Shown here in pieces: positions 19,028 to 27,987 of a DNA stretch of 64,000 bases. Location: assembly GCF_044647545.1 (NCBI RefSeq), contig NZ_CP172818.1; one strand, written 5' to 3'. A program made the translations under genes and the position numbers. This DNA is from Escherichia coli. Its GTDB lineage: Bacteria > Pseudomonadota > Gammaproteobacteria > Enterobacterales > Enterobacteriaceae. How positions within the stretch are numbered: position 1 is the stretch's first letter; every line of letters starts with the position of its first letter. The notes beneath the pieces were generated by a model. It was not told where the DNA came from. It worked only from the letters and a program-made list of their open reading frames with translations, and ran no database searches.

Positions 19028-19681
19028 TTAATCTGTCGCGTCTCGCCATTCGCCATTGGCAAGATTATCCAAAGAGTAATCACCCATCGCATAGCGAATC
19101 AGTCGCAGCGTGGGGAAACCAACATGGGCGGTCATGCGGCGCACCTGGCGATTACGTCCTTCATATAAGGTGATCTTCAGCCAGCTGGTGGGAATACTTT
19201 TGCGTTCACGAATTGGTGGATTCCGCGGCCATAACCACGCGGGTTCGTCAACCAGCTCTACGCCTGCGGGCAGGGTAGGGCCATCATTTAAGGTTACGCC
19301 ATTGCGCAAGGCTTCAAGTGCGTCTTGTGTGGGAATACCTTCCACCTGCACATAATAGATTTTTCCGGTGCGTTTACCCGGCTGGGTTAAACGCGCCTGC
19401 AACGCGCCGTTATTGGTCAGCACCAGTAACCCTTCGCTATCGCGGTCAAGACGACCTGCTGCATAAACGCCCTGAACCGGGATGAATTCTTTTAATGTTT
19501 TGCGTCCGGCTTCATCGGTGAACTGCGGAAGAACATCGTAGGGTTTATTGAACAGGATCACACGCGTGGGCTGGTTTTCAGGTTTACGCTTAGTGGAGTG
19601 TTGCGAGTTTAGTCGACTAACCTGTTTTTTTCTAAAAGAAGTTTTTTGCATGGTATTTTCAGAGATTATGAATTGCCGCAT
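19028..19681 (-). CDS. rluE: 23S rRNA pseudouridine synthase RluE
   Basis: 217-aa ORF of the RsuA/RluE family with basic N-terminus. Confidence 0.85.
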   Translation of the reverse strand: MRQFIISENTMQKTSFRKKQVSRLNSQHSTKRKPENQPTRVILFNKPYDVLPQFTDEAGRKTLKEFIPVQGVYAAGRLDRDSEGLLVLTNNGALQARLTQPGKRTGKIYYVQVEGIPTQDALEALRNGVTLNDGPTLPAGVELVDEPAWLWPRNPPIRERKSIPTSWLKITLYEGRNRQVRRMTAHVGFPTLRLIRYAMGDYSLDNLANGEWRDATD

Positions 19682-19852
19682 TATAGCCTAATAACGCGCA
19701 TCTTTCATGACGGCAAACAATAGGGTAGTATTGACAAGCCAATTACAAATCATTAACAAAAAATTGCTCTAAAGCATCCGTATCGCAGGACGCAAACGCA
19801 TATGCAACGTGGTGGCAGACGAGCAAACCAGTAGCGCTCGAAGGAGAGGTGA

Positions 19853-21103
19853 ATGGAAAGTAAAGTAGTTGTTCCGGCACAAGGCAAGAAGATCACCCTG
19901 CAAAACGGCAAACTCAACGTTCCTGAAAATCCGATTATCCCTTACATTGAAGGTGATGGAATCGGTGTAGATGTAACCCCAGCCATGCTGAAAGTGGTCG
20001 ACGCTGCAGTCGAGAAAGCCTATAAAGGCGAGCGTAAAATCTCCTGGATGGAAATTTACACCGGTGAAAAATCCACACAGGTTTATGGTCAGGATGTCTG
20101 GCTACCTGCTGAAACCCTTGATCTGATTCGTGAATATCGCGTTGCCATCAAAGGCCCGCTGACCACTCCGGTTGGTGGTGGTATTCGCTCTCTCAACGTT
20201 GCTCTGCGCCAGGAACTGGATCTCTACATCTGCCTGCGTCCGGTACGTTACTATCAGGGCACTCCAAGCCCGGTTAAACACCCTGAACTGACCGATATGG
20301 TTATCTTCCGTGAAAACTCGGAAGACATTTATGCGGGTATCGAATGGAAAGCAGACTCTGCCGACGCTGAGAAAGTGATTAAATTCCTGCGTGAAGAGAT
20401 GGGCGTGAAGAAAATTCGCTTCCCGGAACATTGCGGCATCGGTATTAAGCCGTGTTCTGAAGAAGGCACCAAACGTCTGGTTCGTGCAGCGATCGAATAC
20501 GCAATTGCTAACGATCGTGACTCTGTGACCCTGGTGCACAAAGGCAACATCATGAAGTTCACCGAAGGCGCGTTTAAAGACTGGGGCTACCAGCTGGCGC
20601 GTGAAGAGTTTGGCGGTGAACTGATCGACGGCGGCCCGTGGCTGAAAGTTAAAAACCCGAACACCGGCAAAGAGATCGTCATTAAAGACGTGATTGCTGA
20701 TGCATTCCTGCAACAGATCCTGCTGCGTCCGGCTGAATATGATGTTATCGCCTGTATGAACCTGAACGGTGACTACATTTCTGACGCCCTGGCAGCGCAG
20801 GTTGGCGGTATCGGTATCGCCCCTGGCGCAAACATCGGTGACGAATGCGCCCTGTTTGAAGCCACCCACGGTACTGCGCCGAAATATGCCGGTCAGGACA
20901 AAGTAAACCCAGGCTCTATTATTCTCTCCGCTGAGATGATGTTACGCCATATGGGCTGGACTGAAGCCGCAGACTTGATTGTTAAAGGTATGGAAGGCGC
21001 AATCAACGCCAAGACTGTAACCTATGACTTCGAACGTCTGATGGAAGGCGCTAAACTGCTGAAATGTTCAGAGTTTGGTGACGCGATCATCAAGAATATG
21101 TAA
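19853..21103 (+). CDS. icd: isocitrate dehydrogenase (NADP)
   Basis: 416-aa ORF; the last ~53 codons lie inside the prophage-borne duplicated segment. Confidence 0.95.
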   Translation: MESKVVVPAQGKKITLQNGKLNVPENPIIPYIEGDGIGVDVTPAMLKVVDAAVEKAYKGERKISWMEIYTGEKSTQVYGQDVWLPAETLDLIREYRVAIKGPLTTPVGGGIRSLNVALRQELDLYICLRPVRYYQGTPSPVKHPELTDMVIFRENSEDIYAGIEWKADSADAEKVIKFLREEMGVKKIRFPEHCGIGIKPCSEEGTKRLVRAAIEYAIANDRDSVTLVHKGNIMKFTEGAFKDWGYQLAREEFGGELIDGGPWLKVKNPNTGKEIVIKDVIADAFLQQILLRPAEYDVIACMNLNGDYISDALAAQVGGIGIAPGANIGDECALFEATHGTAPKYAGQDKVNPGSIILSAEMMLRHMGWTEAADLIVKGMEGAINAKTVTYDFERLMEGAKLLKCSEFGDAIIKNM

Positions 21104-21154
21104 TTACTACATGTGTTAAATATTGTAACGGGCGTATAACACGCCCGTTGTTTT
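20943..21154 (+). repeat. attL-side copy of the 212-bp direct duplication (icd 3' end plus terminator)
   Basis: Appears identical to 36118..36329 by visual alignment at a constant offset of 15175 bp. Confidence 0.85.
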
Positions 21155-21156
21155 TT
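21127..21156 (+). terminator. rho-independent terminator of icd
   Basis: Stem aacgggcg / cgcccgtt with 7-nt loop followed by TTTTTT. Confidence 0.8.
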
Positions 21157-21518
21157 GTTAGGCTGCTAACGGTTATCAAAATTTTATCAAAAAAAGTTAT
21201 CAAAACCCCTCGGTAGTTTTGGGGTAGGCTGGCCGGTCAGGTGGTAGTTCTACTACTAGTCTCCCACATAGATATTCCTTAGCTTTTTATTATTGCTGGC
21301 GGACGCTCGTTAATATTTAAGGTCTTCATTGATTAAGACATCCCCAAAGTTAGTTATGTATTCACTGTTATTAGGACAATTATGAATTACCACTCCTTAC
21401 ACCCGCTCAAATATTGTTAAATTGCCGGTTTTGTATCAACTACTCACCCGGGACTCGCCAGGGGACAGCCAACAGGCATTGGGTGCAATCACCTTAGCGT
21501 TCAGGTACATGCGGAATG

Positions 21519-21543
21519 TAAAAAAGGCCGCGAGCGCGGCCCC
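21519..21543 (-). terminator. rho-independent terminator downstream of ymfD
   Basis: Minus strand: GGCCGCGCTCGCGGCC hairpin followed by TTTTTT, 55 nt beyond the ymfD stop. Confidence 0.65.
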
Positions 21544-21596
21544 TTCACATACATCTTTAGTACTGAGACTGTTTAACCTAGGGAATTATTATCGTA

Positions 21597-22262
21597 TTAT
21601 ATTGCATTACAACTCCCAACAGTGACATATGAACTTCCTGCTTTACTCCACGACTTTAATATTTCAAGGCCATGTGAAGAACATATTTCTTGCACTGCGA
21701 GTTCATCGAGTAATCCATAGTAAGAAACACTTTTTGAATTTTTGTAAATGTATCCGTAAAGATGTTTTCTTCCTGTTTCGTATTTTTTGAAGTATGAGCT
21801 TTTATATTGATTTACAATAAGAGTCTCACCTCCTGATTTTAGTAATCTCTTGATGCTAAGAACTATTTTGTCGATTGTATCCCGACAAGGAACGGCAGAG
21901 AGAACATTAGAGCAAAGGATGAAATCGTAACCCCCAATTATTTTGTCGACATCCTCGAAAGCAACTGTATTTGCATTTTTATAATATCGTGGGACATAGT
22001 CAATAATTTTAGTTTTAATTCCTCTAATAATTTGCTCTCTTTCAAGTTGCCTTTTCGAGTCTAGAAAAGTAACTTCATCAAATTTACTGATTAATTCATC
22101 AGAATATCTAAGTTTTCCGCAGCCAAAATCAAGGGCGTGGCCATTTTTCTCAATGCTTCTAATATACTCGCAAAGATATCTAGAGGGCATCGTATGAGGT
22201 TTTGCTGCATTCTCTGAGCGAATATTAACTCCGTGCATATTATAGTTCAAAGCAAGTACCAT
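21597..22262 (-). CDS. ymfD: putative SAM-dependent methyltransferase (prophage cargo)
   Basis: 221-aa ORF; class I MTase motif I LDFGCGK; AT-rich codon usage; start abuts the ymfE stop. Confidence 0.75.
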   Translation of the reverse strand: MVLALNYNMHGVNIRSENAAKPHTMPSRYLCEYIRSIEKNGHALDFGCGKLRYSDELISKFDEVTFLDSKRQLEREQIIRGIKTKIIDYVPRYYKNANTVAFEDVDKIIGGYDFILCSNVLSAVPCRDTIDKIVLSIKRLLKSGGETLIVNQYKSSYFKKYETGRKHLYGYIYKNSKSVSYYGLLDELAVQEICSSHGLEILKSWSKAGSSYVTVGSCNAI

Positions 22263-22976
22263 TCAATTAATGTTATTTTTAGTGAAAAATTCTTTTATTT
22301 TATCGTCCGGGATTTTTCCGACTTGACTTTCAGTTCTGGGCTTAACTGTCAAAGCAAAGATAATACCACTCACTGAGAATGATAAAATTACAAAAAAGAA
22401 TAAAGACAGCAAAGAACCTTCAACATGAAAAATATCCATTTGTTTGCAAAAAAAGATTATTAGGAAGGAAATTAATGCAATTATCGAAAATTCAAAAAAT
22501 ATCCAAAAATAGTATACTTTATTCCAGAAGAGTTCAATATAATGTTTGTCTTCAATTTTTCTTACTTCAGGGTAATATAGATTGCTCATTACATTGTGAG
22601 CTTCATCTTTATTTAATTTTCTGTTGACTCCAGCTCTCCGTGATAACGGTTTTATAATTAGATGCTTATCCCAAAGATATCGCACCCGAAGTAGTTTGGC
22701 TGCATTGTTATGTAGGTCTAACGCACCGCTAATTAAATATGCAAAAATCGCAAAAGCACAAGGTAATATACCAAAAGATAGTGCCCAATTAATAAAGCTC
22801 TCATGATCTTTAATAGGTGGGACATACTTGGTTGGTAATGTTATTAAAGGGATGTATTCGTAAATAACTAGAAGTATGCAATATATTAGCGTATTTAAGA
22901 AAGTTGCTTTATGAAGTTTAGGCAACATTTCATTATAATTTTTGGGGGGTTCGAACATATTATTCACCTGAGTCAC
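22263..22976 (-). CDS. ymfE: multi-pass membrane protein (prophage cargo)
   Basis: 237-aa ORF with about 4 predicted hydrophobic helices; very AT-rich; first gene of a two-gene minus-strand operon with ymfD. Confidence 0.7.
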   Translation of the reverse strand: MTQVNNMFEPPKNYNEMLPKLHKATFLNTLIYCILLVIYEYIPLITLPTKYVPPIKDHESFINWALSFGILPCAFAIFAYLISGALDLHNNAAKLLRVRYLWDKHLIIKPLSRRAGVNRKLNKDEAHNVMSNLYYPEVRKIEDKHYIELFWNKVYYFWIFFEFSIIALISFLIIFFCKQMDIFHVEGSLLSLFFFVILSFSVSGIIFALTVKPRTESQVGKIPDDKIKEFFTKNNIN

Positions 22977-23162
22977 GCTTTAGGATAGTGTAATGGTAAT
23001 ATTTAATTAAGTGTCATTATATACTTTTCAGTAGGTTAGTTACAATTTTTTGTATCTGTTCAGGCTGACCTAGCTTCGCTGACAGACAATATTGTGATCA
23101 GTAGCACGTATCGAGGAGGAGTAGCGCTACAAATTTGACGCTGGGTGAGAATCTGAAATTGA

Positions 23163-23234
23163 TAGAAATGAAATAATGAAATAATGAAATGATGAAATGA
23201 TGAAATGATGAAATGATGAAATGATGAAATGATG
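23163..23234. repeat. tandem octamer repeat: (AAATAATG)x2 then (AAATGATG)x6
   Basis: Directly readable perfect 8-bp tandem array in the divergent intergenic region between ymfE and lit. Confidence 0.9.
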
Positions 23235-23424
23235 ACAGAGTGTCCAGTGGGCACGGATGGTGTCTTACGACATGCTTACCTTAATCGTTCCCAGTGTGCC
23301 TATAGCAGATATTCTAAACATGTCGATAATTCATTACGCATATAGTATCGAACATAGAAAAAACTGAAGATTCATCTTATTTTGTATATACTACCTAGCC
23401 CAACAATGTAGAGGTTAACGAAAA

Positions 23425-24318
23425 ATGCGCTCACCAATTTGTCATCTTTTCTCAGCAATTAATTCATCACCATTTAAGATTGCACCAGAGAAGGAGCAAG
23501 ATCTTAAAACGATAGTTGACGACAAAAAAATTATAATTTCAGTTGTGAGTGAACCTGGTTTTAATATCCGAGTCAGGAAGAATGAGAGTAATAATTCACA
23601 TGAAATAGTTCTAACAGTAGCTTCACTTGAATATATTTGGGCATTTTCCAATTTCTTTTGGGTTTTTACGCAAGAGTACTCCAAATCTCAGAAAAATAAT
23701 GATGAGCACTTTGATTTAACAGGAAAAAATAGGCTTAAAAAGTCTGATGAACTTCTTAAATGGGCAAGGAAAAACTTGCAAACAACAGGTTGCGAATCAT
23801 GGCCTAAAAAATGTCCCAAGCCAGAAGCATATTTACAAGGAAGCGAAGACTCACAAGTTGCTAGCGAGATATTTCTTTGTGCTATTGCTTGGATTCTTCA
23901 TCATGAAATAAGTCATGTTGTTTTACAGCATCCATTGGTCACTACAGCATTCTCCACTCAAGAGGAGCGTGAAGCAGATTCACATGCTACAAAATGGATA
24001 TTAGGCAACCTGTATGAATCCGCTCCTGAATTAAAGAAACGTGCACTTGGCATTGCTACGGCAGTGCTTTGTATACAAAGCTTAGAAGTTGAAAATTACT
24101 TCTGTTTACAAAATACACACCCAGCTGCATATGAGCGTATATATTCGAATATTTCATGCTACCCTGTCGGAAATGAAGAGTTGATTGAAGCTCTATGTAC
24201 AGTGATGCTTCAATATCTTTTCCATGGCAAAAATATCAATGTGAATCTAGATGGGGAGTCCTTTTCATCGATTTTAGGTGATCTTCTCTGTGATATTTCA
24301 CGTCTTACCAGTAACTGA
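23425..24318 (+). CDS. lit: Lit cell-death zinc metalloprotease (phage-exclusion protease targeting EF-Tu)
   Basis: 297-aa ORF with HEXXH motif in ILHHEISHVVLQH; AT-rich. Confidence 0.85.
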   Translation: MRSPICHLFSAINSSPFKIAPEKEQDLKTIVDDKKIIISVVSEPGFNIRVRKNESNNSHEIVLTVASLEYIWAFSNFFWVFTQEYSKSQKNNDEHFDLTGKNRLKKSDELLKWARKNLQTTGCESWPKKCPKPEAYLQGSEDSQVASEIFLCAIAWILHHEISHVVLQHPLVTTAFSTQEEREADSHATKWILGNLYESAPELKKRALGIATAVLCIQSLEVENYFCLQNTHPAAYERIYSNISCYPVGNEELIEALCTVMLQYLFHGKNINVNLDGESFSSILGDLLCDISRLTSN

Positions 24319-24408
24319 TATGGCTGTCCGCCGCTCGCTTAAAGTGGACTTTTTAGTTTTTATCATGTGCGGTGAGAAATTCAATGTGGCGTTGAGATGC
24401 TTAAAGGT

Positions 24409-25536
24409 TCACAACGCTACTTTGCTCCATCCTTTACCTCGATCATCATGATAACGATCGGTTTGTTGTTGTGTTTTATGACCAAGTAGTTTTTGTGTGT
24501 CTAACCCCTGTTCTTTATACAGACGTTCAGATAAAGACCTTTGCTCATGGAATGTCGCAGGTGAACCCTCTCCCCAGTCAATTCTTGCTAAATCTCTCGC
24601 TTTACTAAAATTCATCGTCAATGTATTGGCTTTAACCTGCGCTCCGCGCTCTGCTTGTGAAGTTGAACGAAAAAAATGCACTAAGTATGCACTGACTGCA
24701 TAGTCACGGCAGCGGGCTACTACATCGCGTAAACTCCAGTTAATCGCATTGAGGCGAAGAGAAAGAGGAATTGCGATTTTGCTCCCGGTCTTTTCCTGAA
24801 TGACATGAAGATGATCATCCCAAATATCGCTAAATTTCATACGCGAAATATCACCTAACCGCTGACCAGTAACCAGCGCTAACAGCATGGCATTTCCCAT
24901 GTAACGATGAGTAGCGTCTGCGATATCGAAGATTTTTTTCCATTCTTCAAGGCTCAGCCGTTGTCGGGTAATTTTTCTTCTTGGTTGTTTAGTGGCTAAT
25001 GCTGGGTTATAGCCAGGAGGTACTTCTCCGTAGTGCTGCGCCTCTTTGAAAACATCAATCAGGACGGAGCGAACTACTTGTGCCATTCTTGGCCGCCCAG
25101 CGGCGATATACTCATCAAGCAATTGTGCTATATCTCTGACATCAACGGCTGAGATCAACTTCATTCCTGCTCGTTCTCTGAGCAAGGATACTGGTTTAGC
25201 TTTTTGTTTATAGGTGTTGAGTCTTATATCACCACTTTTAAGCCTGTCATCCTGGATCGCTTGATAGCGATCTAACCAGGTTGACGTTGTGATAGCCTTT
25301 CCTTTGCTGGTTGCGATCCTGTCACTGATAGCCAGAATCTGCCGGGTTCTTTGTTCAGCCAGGCGAGTGTTGGCCTCAGTGGCAATAGCGATAGCTTCAG
25401 CTTCGTTTGTTCCCAAAGCATGGAATTTTCCTGTCACTGGATGCTTATACCGCCAATAGACTTTATTTACCTTCCTACTATAAAGCGGATATAAGTTAGG
25501 GACTGAAACATTATTCTTACGCGGTCTGGCTGCCAT
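24409..25536 (-). CDS. intE: tyrosine integrase
   Basis: 375-aa ORF; C-terminal catalytic region with R..HxxR..Y (LLGHKTQQQTDRYHDD). Confidence 0.9.
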   Translation of the reverse strand: MAARPRKNNVSVPNLYPLYSRKVNKVYWRYKHPVTGKFHALGTNEAEAIAIATEANTRLAEQRTRQILAISDRIATSKGKAITTSTWLDRYQAIQDDRLKSGDIRLNTYKQKAKPVSLLRERAGMKLISAVDVRDIAQLLDEYIAAGRPRMAQVVRSVLIDVFKEAQHYGEVPPGYNPALATKQPRRKITRQRLSLEEWKKIFDIADATHRYMGNAMLLALVTGQRLGDISRMKFSDIWDDHLHVIQEKTGSKIAIPLSLRLNAINWSLRDVVARCRDYAVSAYLVHFFRSTSQAERGAQVKANTLTMNFSKARDLARIDWGEGSPATFHEQRSLSERLYKEQGLDTQKLLGHKTQQQTDRYHDDRGKGWSKVAL

Positions 25537-25762
25537 TACTCAAAATCCGTTGCAAAAGTAATGAGTCATTTTTCTTGATTACAGGTGTTACCAACTCCCC
25601 AACTAACTCGGCGTCCTCACGCACTCGCCATAACCGGCCTTGTTTCATGGCCGGTGGACAAAATAAATTCTGCTTAGCATAACGACGCAATGTGGACACA
25701 CTTGGAGGATTACTTCTGTATTTTTCAGCAGCCCATTCTTCAAGAGTTAACATTTGAAGCAT
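25517..25762 (-). CDS. xisE: excisionase (AlpA/Xis-like HTH)
   Basis: 81-aa ORF overlapping the int start; typical int-xis arrangement. Confidence 0.8.
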   Translation of the reverse strand: MLQMLTLEEWAAEKYRSNPPSVSTLRRYAKQNLFCPPAMKQGRLWRVREDAELVGELVTPVIKKNDSLLLQRILSNGSQTA

Positions 25763-26228
25763 ATGCGATCACCTTATTACTACACTAACTGCTTAGTCTC
25801 ATCATATCGACCCTGCAAGGCCGATTAGTTTCTCCACAAAACAGAGAAGAACACCTGCGGCGGCAGCCGCCCGGATGGATTGGGTTATGAGCCCGTCGTC
25901 CGGTGATGCTCTTCTCTGTTTTGTAAAAAGGACGGTACCAGCCTGAAGCAAGGGTACAAACTGGTACCGCCAGGACTACACACAGCATAAAGTTGTGGTG
26001 CCGGGTGCCTCCCGGTGCCTGGCGAAGGTTGCACACCAGACGGGTGGGTATCCACAGAAGGTCGACTGTCAGCCTCAACCTTAACCCGCGTGCGCTGAGC
26101 CGCATTCACCACAACGCTAAGGATTCTCTTTGGTTGAAAATACTTAGCTGTTATGTGCCTGTCTTTTCACCACTTCAGGCTCGGTGGTATGCTGGAGTTC
26201 TCACACAGCCAGCAAGCAAGGAAACTTA

Positions 26229-26570
26229 ATGAACCAGTTTTATGTTCACGTTCGTCTATTTGAAGACACAGCCGAACAGACCAAAAAATTTGAAGAATTA
26301 ATGCTTAACTTTCTGTACCAGAAAACAGTTAAAGAGTCTGACGATAGCTGCTGCAGACTGATTCCAGAGGGATATATCCTCAAAAGTACAATGAACTGCC
26401 AACAAATCCTTGATCAAACATTTTCAATTGCTAACAGTGCCGGTGTTGACGCAAATATATTTGTCTGTAAATTTGAACAAAGCGCATGCTTACTTCCGTC
26501 TGCTTCCTTAGTTGGTAACGATTTCGTTCATTACGATCTTACGCCTAAGCCCATCAAGCTCGATTCTTAA
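26229..26570 (+). CDS. ymfI: prophage protein of unknown function
   Basis: Start MNQFYVHVRLF gives 113 aa; no recognisable motif. Confidence 0.55.
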   Translation: MNQFYVHVRLFEDTAEQTKKFEELMLNFLYQKTVKESDDSCCRLIPEGYILKSTMNCQQILDQTFSIANSAGVDANIFVCKFEQSACLLPSASLVGNDFVHYDLTPKPIKLDS

Positions 26571-26816
26571 AGCCTTAACCATTGTGTCGTGATAAACACG
26601 GCTCACCTTCTCTCCATTGCATGGCAGAGGGGTGAGTGTGTTAGCCATGAAATTCATGAACTCGGTTCGACCAGGGGCTTGCGCCCCGCAAGTCTTTAAT
26701 GCCTGTTTTGCTAACAAAATGCGGGCCTCAGTGCCTGCATTTGGCTCTATCTGCTGCAAACGTTTAGCGTCTTCCAGCAACAATGCGATCACATGCTTCA
26801 AATTCTGCTCATTCAT
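26508..26816 (-). CDS. ymfJ: prophage protein of unknown function
   Basis: 102-aa ORF downstream of a strong promoter-like element. Confidence 0.6.
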   Translation of the reverse strand: MNEQNLKHVIALLLEDAKRLQQIEPNAGTEARILLAKQALKTCGAQAPGRTEFMNFMANTLTPLPCNGEKVSRVYHDTMVKALRIELDGLRRKIVMNEIVTN

Positions 26817-26922
26817 CTATTCTCTCCACTGAAATCATCCGCTAACGAATCATCCCGGTCTTCGTACGTACCGGGCGGGCTACTTCGTGGGCGTCCTGCC
26901 TGTTTGTTGTTTCTCTTGGGTA

Positions 26923-26951
26923 CATTATGTATCTCAAAGGTACATTGTCAA
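26923..26951 (-). promoter_or_regulatory. sigma70-like promoter for ymfJ with overlapping GTACC operator half-sites
   Basis: Minus strand TTGACA, 17-nt spacer, ATAATG; tGTACC motifs overlap both hexamers. Confidence 0.5.
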
Positions 26952-26952
26952 G

Positions 26953-26978
26953 TATAAAAAAACCTGCCGAAGCAGGTT
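26953..26978 (-). terminator. rho-independent terminator of cohE
   Basis: Minus strand AACCTGC-ttcg-GCAGGTT followed by TTTTTTT, 13 nt after the cohE stop. Confidence 0.75.
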
Positions 26979-26990
26979 CATAAACATTGA

Positions 26991-27665
26991 TTAGGCTTTG
27001 ATTTTGTATCTTCTTGGTTTTCCTGAGAAAATCACAGTACCAATTATAGAGCAATTACCGTTGATCTTAATGTAAGGCTCAGGCCAGTTTGGGTTTAACG
27101 CTTTGAGATAACGCTGTGTCCCATCTTCTATCAACCTTTTGAAGGTGGTTTCACCTGTATCGTGCATCAATGCAATAACGTCGTCACCGTGGCAGGCAGG
27201 TACTTCAGGATCGACAAAAATCATGTCTCCCGGGCGGTACTCATCAATCATTGAATCACCTATTACCCGCAAGATATAAGTCATTTCCCCACAGGGTACA
27301 GGGCAGGGATACGTTTCTGCTGTGCTCAAATCAACCTCAGAATATCCAACTTCTTTCCATGCTCCGGCCTGTACCCATGATATGACAGGGACTAATGTGA
27401 TTTGTTTATTAGTGATTGAAACATCAGGTTTTTTTGTGATGTTCGTTGTCTGGTGTTCTTGATCGAGCCATCCTACAGGCAGGTCGAAACATTTTTCGAT
27501 GTGTCGTGCCATGCTGTCACCGATATTTTTAGTAGCACCATCTCCCATAAACCTGCTGGTCTGGGTTGGCTCGCGATCAATCATAGTGGCAAAGGAAGAA
27601 TTCCCGCCAACACCATCTCTCAGTTTTCTGGCGTTAGACCGCCGGATGTCATGGATTGTTTTCAT
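26991..27665 (-). CDS. cohE: CI-like prophage repressor (HTH plus LexA-type S24 peptidase domain)
   Basis: 224-aa ORF; C-terminal VIGDSMIDEYRPGDMIFVDPE self-cleavage domain; divergent from cro-like gene. Confidence 0.85.
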   Translation of the reverse strand: MKTIHDIRRSNARKLRDGVGGNSSFATMIDREPTQTSRFMGDGATKNIGDSMARHIEKCFDLPVGWLDQEHQTTNITKKPDVSITNKQITLVPVISWVQAGAWKEVGYSEVDLSTAETYPCPVPCGEMTYILRVIGDSMIDEYRPGDMIFVDPEVPACHGDDVIALMHDTGETTFKRLIEDGTQRYLKALNPNWPEPYIKINGNCSIIGTVIFSGKPRRYKIKA

Positions 27666-27680
27666 AACGAAATTAAAACC

Positions 27681-27701
27681 CTTGTACCGTTAAGGTACAA
27701 G
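27681..27701. promoter_or_regulatory. operator palindrome CTTGTACC-gttaa-GGTACAAG between cohE and croE
   Basis: Perfect 8-bp inverted repeat with 5-bp spacer; related half-sites ATGTACACC/GGTACAT at 27731..27750. Confidence 0.6.
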
Positions 27702-27705
27702 TATC

Positions 27706-27734
27706 TTGAAGGTTCATTTCAATCATGTAATATG
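27706..27734 (+). promoter_or_regulatory. candidate croE promoter
   Basis: TTGAAG, 16-17 nt spacer, TAATAT, then GGAGG SD at 27741..27745. Confidence 0.4.
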
Positions 27735-27755
27735 TACACCGGAGGTACATATTGT

Positions 27756-27956
27756 ATGAAAGCGTATTGGGACTCTTTAACCAAAGAACAGCAGGGCGAG
27801 TTGGCCGGAAAAGTTGGCTCAACACCTGGCTACTTACGGCTGGTTTTCAATGGCTATAAAAAAGCCAGTTTTGTGCTGGCTAAAAAACTTGAGCAATACA
27901 CATCAGGTGCAATTACGAAATCTGACTTAAGACCGGATATCTATCCGAAAGATTAG
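27756..27956 (+). CDS. croE: Cro-like regulator
   Basis: ATG 27756 (MKAYWDSLTKEQQ) gives 66 aa; GGAGG 11 nt upstream; divergent from cohE. Confidence 0.75.
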   Translation: MKAYWDSLTKEQQGELAGKVGSTPGYLRLVFNGYKKASFVLAKKLEQYTSGAITKSDLRPDIYPKD

Positions 27957-27987
27957 CAGAACACTTTCAATTTTTAACCACAGAACG

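Noticed and set aside
21422-21625. 67-aa plus-strand ORF next to attL
   Set aside because: It spans the ymfD terminator hairpin and overlaps the ymfD 3' end, with no SD or recognisable product.
23163-23234. Possible CRISPR array
   Set aside because: The only tandem repeat in the window has 8-bp units with no intervening spacers; there are no 25-40-bp repeats, unique spacers or cas genes.
23060-23254. 64-aa minus-strand ORF containing repeated IISSFHHF units
   Set aside because: It is the translation of the 8-bp tandem repeat in one frame; there is no SD and it lies in an intergenic promoter region, so it is a repeat artefact rather than a gene.
25785-26112. Overlapping minus-strand ORFs of 106 and 75 aa upstream of xisE
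   Set aside because: They overlap each other in different frames, are Arg/Cys/Pro-rich (typical of spurious frames in GC-rich DNA) and lack start context; treated as non-coding.
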